Assembly (NCBI GenBank): GCA_051453625.1
Contig: JBOZIK010000001.1
Coordinates: 34,857,960-34,921,959, forward strand
Direction: 5' to 3'
DNA length: 64,000 nucleotides
Origin: Welwitschia mirabilis
Taxonomy: Eukaryota
The position numbers and the translations under genes were made by a program. The notes beneath the pieces were generated by a model, which made no database searches, had not been told where the DNA came from, and was given only the letters and a program-made list of their open reading frames with translations. How positions within the stretch are numbered: the first letter of the stretch is position 1; each line of letters opens with the position of its first letter. This document shows, in pieces, positions 54,683 through 64,000 of this stretch.

Positions 54683-55646
54683 NNNNNNNNNNNNNNNNNN
54701 NNNNNNNNNNNNNNNNNNNNNNNNNNNNNNNNNNNNNNNNNNNNNNNNNNNNNNNNNNNNNNNNNNNNNNNNNNNNNNNNNNNNNNNNNNNNNNNNNNNN
54801 NNNNNNNNNNNNNNNNNNNNNNNNNNNNNNNNNNNNNNNNNNNNNNNNNNNNNNNNNNNNNNNNNNNNNNNNNNNNNNNNNNNNNNNNNNNNNNNNNNNN
54901 NNNNNNNNNNNNNNNNNNNNNNNNNNNNNNNNNNNNNNNNNNNNNNNNNNNNNNNNNNNNNNNNNNNNNNNNNNNNNNNNNNNNNNNNNNNNNNNNNNNN
55001 NNNNNNNNNNNNNNNNNNNNNNNNNNNNNNNNNNNNNNNNNNNNNNNNNNNNNNNNNNNNNNNNNNNNNNNNNNNNNNNNNNNNNNNNNNNNNNNNNNNN
55101 NNNNNNNNNNNNNNNNNNNNNNNNNNNNNNNNNNNNNNNNNNNNNNNNNNNNNNNNNNNNNNNNNNNNNNNNNNNNNNNNNNNNNNNNNNNNNNNNNNNN
55201 NNNNNNNNNNNNNNNNNNNNNNNNNNNNNNNNNNNNNNNNNNNNNNNNNNNNNNNNNNNNNNNNNNNNNNNNNNNNNNNNNNNNNNNNNNNNNNNNNNNN
55301 NNNNNNNNNNNNNNNNNNNNNNNNNNNNNNNNNNNNNNNNNNNNNNNNNNNNNNNNNNNNNNNNNNNNNNNNNNNNNNNNNNNNNNNNNNNNNNNNNNNN
55401 NNNNNNNNNNNNNNNNNNNNNNNNNNNNNNNNNNNNNNNNNNNNNNNNNNNNNNNNNNNNNNNNNNNNNNNNNNNNNNNNNNNNNNNNNNNNNNNNNNNN
55501 NNNNNNNNNNNNNNNNNNNNNNNNNNNNNNNNNNNNNNNNNNNNNNNNNNNNNNNNNNNNNNNNNNNNNNNNNNNNNNNNNNNNNNNNNNNNNNNNNNNN
55601 NNNNNNNNNNNNNNNNNNNNNNNNNNNTTTATTTCTTTTCTTTTCT

Positions 55647-55700
55647 CTTCTTCTTCTTCTCCTTCTTCTTCTTCTTCTTCTTCTTCTTCTTCTTCTTCTT
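55647..55700. repeat. (CTT)n microsatellite
   Basis: A run of CTT units with one interruption, next to a gap. Confidence 0.95.
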
Positions 55701-56512
55701 TTTTGTCATAGGTTTGATTTGATTTAACATTGATCATATTCTTTTTTTTTAATTTCTAGATTTGAAATAAATTTGTGAAGATATTACTTTTAAAAGGGTG
55801 GAAGACTAAGTTTGGTAGTTTTTTATAGTTGGGAGAAAATTTTTGCTTTCTATCAGATTATGTTCAAAACTTAAAAACTTTTTTATGGGATAAAGTTTTT
55901 TGATAATTAGAAGGCTTTCTATTTTTTTTGTTATGAACAACAAAAAATGTTTTTAAGGTAGTCAGTGCTCATTTTGCTTTTACTTTCTAATAATAGCAAA
56001 ATAAACTATGGTATGTAAGTTTATGCTATTTAAATTTTAGAAATATATGTATAGTATTACTATACTATAGTCTTATTGGTTTTATTTTTATGATTTTTTT
56101 TTTTATTAGTCATGGAATTGACAACTCATCTAAGAGTCAGTCATTAGGAATTTTGATGAAATTGAATTTGTATTACTTAAATTTATCTTTATCAATCTAA
56201 AATAGGGGATTAATGGTTTCCCTTTGTTAAAATTTATTTAATTCTAGTATTGTCTTGTCTTTTTTGGGTAATAGCGACTATTTCATCCCTCTTAAGTATG
56301 AGTTCTACAGATGAGTCATGATGAGATAATAATATAACTACTTTAGTGTTTTATATCTAGTGTCCTTCCAATAATAACTTGAATGAAGTCAAATTTTCAA
56401 ATATGAATCTCAATTTCTATTTTAATGTCACCTACATGCACATCTTATAAAATTAGTCTAAGTGATAATCTTTTTTCGTCATTGAACTATGGATTAGGAT
56501 GGTATTTCTTGT

Positions 56513-56845
56513 TGTTGCAGTGTGTGTTTTGTGCAATCTAGAAGTCCTTAAGTAAATCTATAAATCATATAACTTATAGAAAAACACACGCTAGTATATA
56601 CGGGAGTTTACCCGAATGTCGTAATCCCAATGAAGGAACTAGGCTTAGAGTTAGAGAATTGATTTCCAACAGTAGTTTTTGGTATTTTATCTTTTACTAA
56701 CTGAAAGTAAATAATAAATTAAATGTAATGAAAAATGAATGATGAAATGAAAGTAGATGGAAATGGGAATGAGATTCTACTTAGATCCTAATCCTTCTAT
56801 CACAAGGACTAACTTTCAGCCTTTCTGTCATAAAGACTATCAAGT
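56513..56845 (-). repeat. Athila-type LTR 3' end (3' LTR or solo LTR), less decayed copy
   Basis: tgttgcagtgtgtg...gtccttaagtaaatctataaatca...gctagtata aligns with the start of 47493-47620. It retains CpGs, has no adjacent PBS, and runs into a gap. Confidence 0.75.
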
Positions 56846-57299
56846 NNNNNNNNNNNNNNNNNNNNNNNNNNNNNNNNNNNNNNNNNNNNNNNNNNNNNNN
56901 NNNNNNNNNNNNNNNNNNNNNNNNNNNNNNNNNNNNNNNNNNNNNTTATCTTTTACAATTAGTAAAGATACTTATGAAAAGGCCAACACTTGCCTCCTGG
57001 ATCATAATAATACTACTAACCACCATTATCACCATGTGTCTCAACCATCATCTTACTCAATAATGTTACATCTCACTACCTTGTATCATCATTATCACTA
57101 CCATATTACATCAAGGATGCAAGTTATGTAATATGTGAAATTAGGTTAATCCCATAATTAAATTTAATTTAGTTTTATATGATAAGCTAGGAACATAAGA
57201 ATTGAGGTGATTTATGTAGATTTATTAGTGAAACTAGCTGAGCTGGATGGTGGCACTAGCATTTTGGCCTCAGTTACCATCAACTTTTAATCATGTCCT

Positions 57300-59600
57300 C
57301 AAATGTGATAATTATCCTGTAAATGTCATGGGTAAAATGATAAGTTTAAAATTATTAAGAAAAATCAATAAAAGACATGTTTTTATGATAAATAGGTTAT
57401 ATTAATGTTTTTCATGAAGATAAATTGGTCAATTAACTTAATTATAATATCAATTTTTACATGTTAATAGTAATGGAACCAGCAATTGGTATCAGAGCCA
57501 TGGGTGTTAGCTATTCTCAAGTTCAAATCTCCTTGGGGATTTTCCAATTCATGTGAGCACTTGGCATGTAGACTAAGGGGGGTATTTTTGGATATGCATT
57601 CCCATGCCTAGCCCAATAAGTGGGTAAATATGATGGATTTCATTTTCCACCTAAGTCACGACTTTTAGTATGATGGTAATGGACCCAACAAAACAAGTGA
57701 TAGAAGCCTAAAAAGACACATATAATAAGACATGAAAAGAATGAATATTAAAAATAAAAACGATTAATTCCTAATCATTATATGCACTAGCATGCAGATC
57801 AAGAGATGGACACCTAAATAAAATTGAAGAATCATAAATAAGTGCATCAAAAATTGTAAGATATAATTGATCTCTAGATGGACCTTCTTTATTTCTTATC
57901 TAATTTAAAACATTAATATGATGAATAATATAAGCCTCCTTAGGATGAAACAAATCTATATGAATATCTATTTTAAGGAAATCTATCACTATGATGGTTT
58001 CATATTTAAAATGAAGTAATATTAAAAATGTGTTTCCTTTCAAACAAGCTAAATAGGAGGTACTTTAGGTGCATCACTAAAGAAAATATCATTCTAATGG
58101 CTTATAATATTATAAATCTCTAGACACCCATAATCAAATAGAAGCTACATATCTCCATTTATAAGAATATGAAAAACCCCTTTTTTTAAAGGTAAAATTC
58201 TAAAGAAAATCCCAAAAAAAGGTAAATTATCCTAAAGGAAACCCTTGATATGAGAGATAGCAAATAAAATGCTTTGCATTATGAAGAGTAGGAAATTTTT
58301 GCATTGAGTGAAGAAATAATTTTCAAATGTATCAAATCATTCATATTGCATTAATGACTACACTAAGAAGAAATAATGTAAGTAGAGTAAAGAAGATTGT
58401 AATATTTTTTTAAAGTTAGTAGGTAATATATGTAAATCATCTATCCACTTGAGAAAATCCAATATGTATTTATCATTATTATTTAGTTAAAGATTATGTT
58501 TTATAAAATCTTCTAACTTGAAATAAGAAAGAGCATTACTGTGAATGAACAATACAATGTTTAATATTCTATTCATATCTGCTGGCCTTGAAAATGGGTA
58601 CACATTAGAGAAATAATATTTTTACTTAAAGCATTGATGGAAAAAGTGAAATAGCCTATTAATTTATAAGATGATAAATGGATTTCTATGACTTTCAAAT
58701 TCTTTTAAACAAAATGAATGCCTCCTAATTTAATTGTATATAGGAAGGCTATCTAATTCATAGGTTTAACACCATTCTAGATAAACTAGCGTTTAGAAAA
58801 TACATTAGCAAATCTATCTAATTTTTTTAAAAAAATAATTGAATCAAATTTATTAACTTATTGTGAAATACATTCCATGTCCTACATAAAGCTTCAGCCT
58901 AATTAAAACAATCTGTAAATCCTACTCCACATATCTTTTCTGGAGGACAATAAATATTCTAGGCCATTATAGAAAATCTTTATTTATTATTAGATGTAAA
59001 TCTTGTATAACTTCTTAAAATAGCTCTCTTATAAGCTTATTATGAGGGAGCTATAAAAGAAGAATAAGAATTATTACTAAAGCTAGAATAAATAGATTTA
59101 CATATTAAGGATTACCTATAAGTGAAGTTTTCATATATTTATATTTATCTATTTTTTTAAAAGTTTATCTAAATCCCATATCTAAAGATTGCCAAGAGTT
59201 TCAAAATATTAAAAACAATTCATAAAACTTTAAAAATCTCTCAGACTGAATAGATAACTAAAAAGGAATAAAGAGCCACTAGTAATTGTTATGTAAAGCG
59301 AAATAAGAAAATAGAAGATTTCTTCCAATTTATTTTAAATATAAGAGTATGTAATATTAATCTATTTGATAGAAAAGATGTGAGGCCATTGGTATATTAT
59401 TTTAATAATAAAAAAAGAGTCATTTGCAAGCATATTAATAAGTTATTTAGGATAATTAATACTAAATTAGATCTAATTATTCATCTATGTAAATTACATG
59501 GTATAAAAATACACTAGTAAAATAAATAAATAAAAAACTAATGGACATTCTTATCAAACTAATTGTTTAATTTTAAAATTTTTTGCAAAATACATATCGA
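57300..59600 (+). mobile_element. Very degraded L1-like LINE ORF2 remnant (RT region), interrupted by the TRIM
   Basis: Faint motifs in L1 order: ALACRSR..ISA..LDG (cf. LANRL..QSAF..DG), NIYFKEIYH..NEVILKMCF..RCIT (cf. LDFEKAYD..KMGF..CIS), NHSYCINDYT (cf. HLQYADDT), NECLL and FWRTI. Confidence 0.4.
57462..57690 (+). mobile_element. TRIM (terminal-repeat retrotransposon in miniature) with a mostly deleted 5' LTR
   Basis: Perfect iMet PBS TGGTATCAGAGCCA at 57487-57500, ~75-bp internal domain, and PPT AAGGGGGG at 57575-57582. The ~105-bp 3' LTR ends gtaatggacccaaca, matching gtaatggaaccagca just before the PBS. Confidence 0.85.
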
Positions 59601-60138
59601 ACCTTAACTTTTACCTTTTGTTATGAAAGCATACAAGTTCTATAATACAAATAAAAATAATTAATACTAAAAATATATTATCCTTATGAATCCTATATTT
59701 GTTTCTCATGTTTTTTATTTGAAAAGTGTAAAAAATCACACTTTATCTTTAAGATAAATTCTACATATAAAGAGTGTTTTTAATAATATGTTTCACCTTT
59801 TCAATAATATGTTTTACATATTCACTTTAGAATAATCTCTTCAAATAACCTTGGATTTGTATGAAAAACTTTTTCAATAAAAATTTTTGAAATTATAACT
59901 TAACTAACTTTTTCCCTTCTTTTATTAGTCATATTATTAATGTTTTTAATTTCTGCTTGAACGTTGAAGACAAGAAAAATGGCGTAAGTCATCAAACGTT
60001 CTTCTTTTTTCCCCGAACCTACCTTAATAATCCAAACCTAAGACAAACAATGGAAAACATGCAAATTTTCTTTTGTAATCTAACCAATAGTAAAAAGTAC
60101 ATCAAATCATAGACTCGTTTACCACTCTTTCATATTTT

Positions 60139-60230
60139 TTTCCAAGCACTTATACACCATAGAAATTTCTTATTATTTCTAGAATTTCCAAGCACCTATA
60201 CACCATAGAAATTTATTATTATCTCTAGAA
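60139..60230 (+). repeat. 46-bp tandem duplication
   Basis: tttccaagcac(t/c)tatacaccatagaaattt(c/a)ttattat(t/c)tctagaa occurs twice. Confidence 0.92.
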
Positions 60231-61849
60231 AAGGATATTGTAAATTAGATGATAAATTTTTGTGCCCTATTTAAGGCATCACTTATGCATAATAACAAAA
60301 ATAAAATACTTTGCAAAAATGGTTAAAGGAATTCCATTGAAACAAATTTAATTAAAAACATTTATTATATTTATTCTTATAAACATAATCACAAATTTAG
60401 GATTCTACAAAAGATAATTAAAAAAATCAATGAGTCTCAATTAGAAAATAGGTAAACGATATAATCCTATGTGATATTTACCATAATTACTATTACCTAA
60501 TATTTCTCAACACTTAGATATCCATAATGTAATGAATGAGTATAATCCATACACAACAGATAAATGAATATCTTGAAACTATATAAGAAAAAAGGAGAGA
60601 GATTAACATGATAAGATATTCTATTTGTTGCATCATCTATAATTATTTAATTAAAAAGAATTATAGGGAAACTATCACACTAACTCACATAATTTCAATT
60701 TTTAACATTAAACAAATAATTTTTATATATGCCTAACCAAAGATCTAATGAAAAATAACAATTCATGCAATTAACAAATTTGTGGGCCGACTAACAAGAC
60801 ATGGATAAATAATATAATAAAAATTGAGAACCAAAGAATTCCAAGTTGGTAGTACTAACTTTAATGAAGACACTAAGTTTGTGCCAAATTGAATACCTTT
60901 ATATATTATCACCCAAATATTTAAAAATGAATCTTATACCCACATATTTAATAATGAAATTTACAGAAAGATTAGAAGAAGGAGAACTAATAGATGAGAC
61001 TCTATTCCTAAGATTAACATTAATATTGAAAATACAATACAAAATACATATTAGCTACCAAAAGAACAATGTTGTCTTTCCAAGATTAGAATTTATTCAT
61101 AAGTATATAAGAAATAAATAAATCAATCAAAAGTTATATGCAAACTCATTTTTTCTCACTTTAAAACATTCTATAACATCTTGTGTGTATGTCTTAACAA
61201 ATGAAAAAATATAAGATCAACGTGTGTTATCTTTCTCATAACCGTATGACAAACTTAAGCTCTAAAACTATATTTTCCTAATTTATGTCTCCTTTACGTG
61301 AATTATATTGCAGATGTAGACATCATGATTTGAATTCTTCATGTTTATCTTAAACAATTTTGGATTTCACATATAGGTATAGATCTCACCATGATATATG
61401 GTCATTGAAACTCACCTATAAAAAAGGATTCCTTTAATCACTATAAATTAAAACAATCTATTATAGGAAACAATAGAAATCTTCAAGTGCATTGAATATT
61501 ACAATATAAAAAAAAGGTTATAAAATGAGGTTATATTAAAGCAAGAAAATAGAATAGCTAATATTATTTTCATGTAGAATATTCATGTTATGGTATTTAT
61601 AAATAGAACTAGATTGAAAAGGGGGGAAACATGCACTTGCTAAAGGAATAAATTATGAAAGGTTAACTACAACTCACCCAACAACACATAAGAAAAGGCA
61701 AGGTAACACATGAACTTGCTCACATTTATGTGTGTTTATGAACAAATTATAAATATTAATTTTTTATTAAGCATTTTTAAAAGGGATAACATATCGAAAA
61801 ATACAACAATAATTTTTCATATTAATTAAAATAAACTACATCAAATAGA

Positions 61850-62900
61850 GTTCATCAACTTTTCATGTGAGATACTTATCATAACAATCCACTCTATAGA
61901 AAGGCCTGCTAGACTAATGCTTTATGATTTTGTTTAGGTAATGAATCTCAAGGTTTCAGATTGCAACTTGAACTCTAATCTTTTAGTGGAGAAAATAAAA
62001 ATCCAAGTATGTATGCTAACTATGCACAAAGTTGAAATTATTTCTACATTAAAGGAAATTTGAAAATCCATAAATATTCTAAGAAAGAATAGTAGTTCTG
62101 AAGAGGGGAAGGATATTCCTATGCTTGTGTCTTCCCCATTATGAATTTTACTATAACCAATCTACTATTTCAAGCCTTTGAAGTTTCTTCTAGGCTGCAA
62201 AAATTCAAAATAGAAAAAGGATTGTTTTAATTTATCAGGTAGGATTTGTTTAGATTAAAGCTTAAGGTCAGGATCATTCTCATCTTTTTTTACCTATACC
62301 CACTAGCTAGAAGTTTTCTTTGTTTATAGCTTAAAGATATTTTATTTTGTTACTAGTATTTTTGAAAGCCCTATGCATAACATTGTCGAAGTCCTCAACT
62401 TGTTTATTCTTATAAGAGGGCTTAGGTATGTTGTTTTCTAAAAGGATTTCTTTGCTTTAAAGAAAACTTCAATAAATCATTAGCAAATTTTCATCCTTTA
62501 TAAACATTTATCTTTTCCTAACCTTTTGGTGAACAAAATGACGTGAATTTGGTCAAGTAAAGTGTATGATTTTTTACTGAAAATCCTTACCACTTACTCA
62601 CAATAATAGTTCACTGTTTCCTTTCTTAATATAAATATAACTACTACTAAGGTCTACATCAAGTACTATATATGCTTAATATCATAAGCAAAAATAACAT
62701 TATATTCTTCTTAGATACAACCAATTTTATTGACAATGTCGTATCTAAATTATTAAAAAAAGTTAACCATAGATTTGGAAGATCTAAATACATGGAATAT
62801 TCTAATATTCTAATGAAAAAGGATTAAAATCTAAAGACTCCCTCCTCACTGTTAACATAGCATGACAATGACAAGAAGAATCCTATGCTATAAAAAAGGA
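61850..62900 (-). mobile_element. Possible second, very degraded L1-like RT remnant
   Basis: Minus-strand fragments in L1 order: LDFNPFSL (cf. DFRPISL), IFAYDIKH and LSPSYKNKQVEDFDNVMHRA (cf. LSPYLFILxxEGxxxMxxRA). The similarity is weak. Confidence 0.3.
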
Positions 62901-63126
62901 TAAATATGTAAATTAAAAAAATACAAAAATGGTCATAAATTATTGAATCACTCTATACATAAAAAAGTTAGATACACTCACTTAAGCATGCTTGAATCCT
63001 TTGATGTTGTTACCAATATAATCATGTATTTGTTATACGTTAAATCCATTAAAATCAAGACATTGCTTTTTACAAAAGGCCTACACCTACTCCCAAGAGA
63101 AAATGACATAAAAAATCACAACACTT

Positions 63127-63151
63127 AGAGAGAGAGAGAGATAGAGAGAGA
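63127..63151. repeat. Short (GA)n tract
   Basis: agagagagagagagatagagagaga. Confidence 0.9.
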
Positions 63152-63449
63152 ATTTACTCTCCTGATTTTTACATCCACTTTCAATTCTTTTTGCACGTAC
63201 TACACGTAGGAAACGTGAACTTGCTAAAAGAAACAAATTGAAACAAGTGCTTTACTTAACATTAACAAAAAAGGAAAGACAGGGAAATCAAATCTCCATA
63301 GGGTAACCTTTGTCAACCTTACGCTAGAAATTGCCATGAAAATCCACATCAGTCGCACTGAATTGATCCTTCAATTCCAACCTAATACGTAAGTCGATTG
63401 TGATGGATTGCCTTAGGAGGCAACTTCTTATTGGAAACGGTAAAAATCC

Positions 63450-63947
63450 AAAAAGTTTCGCAATCTAAGTTTGGCGGATGCCTTTTTCCCCGACCTTTTT
63501 TTGACATGACTATTTCATCATTCCCACGTTGGAAAATTCTTCAAGAAATTCGATATACTCTAAGTTGACGCCATGTGCCGGAAGCATGATTTTCCATGAC
63601 TGGTATTGTTTGCCAGCAGAGGCGTACCTTAGAAGCGTCATTTTCTGCTACGAAGTCGTTGACCAACTTCCATTTCTTCTTAGTCTTCAGCCGCCGTGGC
63701 GCCGCTGCGAGTTACTTTCAGGAGACTTGCACAGACAAGTTGACGGTCGTAGTACCATCGAGTCGCCGGGATACGAAATCACGTGCATGGGCGGGTATGT
63801 CTGTTAGGTGATACTCCGGTTAATTTCAGAGGCAGACAAGATTTTCAGCGTAAGATTAGGGATGCCTTAAGGTTTTACTTCCTACATAAAGCCCCAGAGC
63901 TCCTCGCCGGACTGCAAAGTGAAGTTTCAACATCAAATCTGAACAGA
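63450..63947 (+). promoter_or_regulatory. Putative promoter and 5' UTR of a stress/defence-type gene
   Basis: Abruptly CpG-rich. Contains TGACG at 63566 and 63741, CGTCA at 63636, W-box TTGACC at 63659, GCC-box AGCCGCC at 63689, G-box CACGTG at 63780, and TATA-like TACATAAA at 63883. Confidence 0.6.
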
Positions 63948-64000
63948 ATGAGCTCCATGGTGACAATCCGCAGGCTTTCGCTGAGCCTTGTACTCTTTTT
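63948..64000 (+). CDS. Probable 5' end of a gene for a secreted/membrane protein (partial, runs off the window)
   Basis: An ATG ~60 bp after the TATA-like box opens MSSMVTIRRLSLSLVLF.., with basic residues followed by a hydrophobic run as in a signal peptide. Only 17 codons are visible. Confidence 0.5.
   Translation, partial: MSSMVTIRRLSLSLVLF

Noticed and set aside
31737..55737. Long ORFs of 150-400 aa in the ORF track (31.7-32.8, 39.1-39.8 and 54.5-55.7 kb)
   Set aside because: They are open only because they run through N gaps.
1..57000. Any intact, autonomous retrotransposon or domesticated TE gene
   Set aside because: Every gag/pol/env region has many stops and frameshifts, and the longest gap-free pol ORF is 132 aa.
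57487..57560. tRNA gene or Cassandra 5S domain
   Set aside because: Only the PBS complement and a B-box-like stretch are present. No cloverleaf or 5S rRNA sequence is recognisable.
63529..63811. Two overlapping GC-rich ORFs (92 and 71 aa)
   Set aside because: There is no recognisable protein similarity and one starts at TTG. They are better explained as chance ORFs in a GC-rich promoter, though not formally excluded.
63900..64000. Pol III ncRNA ending in a T-run
   Set aside because: There is no recognisable snRNA/7SL similarity or USE, and the T-run is at the window edge and fits Phe/Leu codons.

Overview
AT-rich eukaryotic (plant-type) draft-assembly window with many N gaps. About 1-57 kb is a graveyard of nested, heavily C>T/G>A-decayed LTR retrotransposons. 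There are three Copia/SIRE (Sirevirus) elements, one full length at 5284-14466 with an env-like ORF. There are at least six Gypsy/Athila-type elements or LTRs, including a full-length one at 18417-29199 and a gag+protease-only one at 34333-42189. One Gypsy Tat/Ogre-type pol carries the extra aRH domain. From 57 to 63 kb there are a TRIM and probable, very degraded L1-like LINE remnants. The last ~600 bp are CpG-rich and look like a promoter (GCC-box, W-box, G-box, TGACG, TATA-like) followed by the first 17 codons of a probable secreted protein that runs off the window. No complete intact gene, RNA gene or CRISPR array is visible. I cannot support a wholly new biological system. The best leads are a conserved non-coding block shared by three Athila elements, decayed CG-palindrome arrays in the LTRs, the gag-PR-only element and the TRIM. 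Alignments and motif translations were done by eye, so boundaries are approximate unless an LTR end or TSD is quoted.
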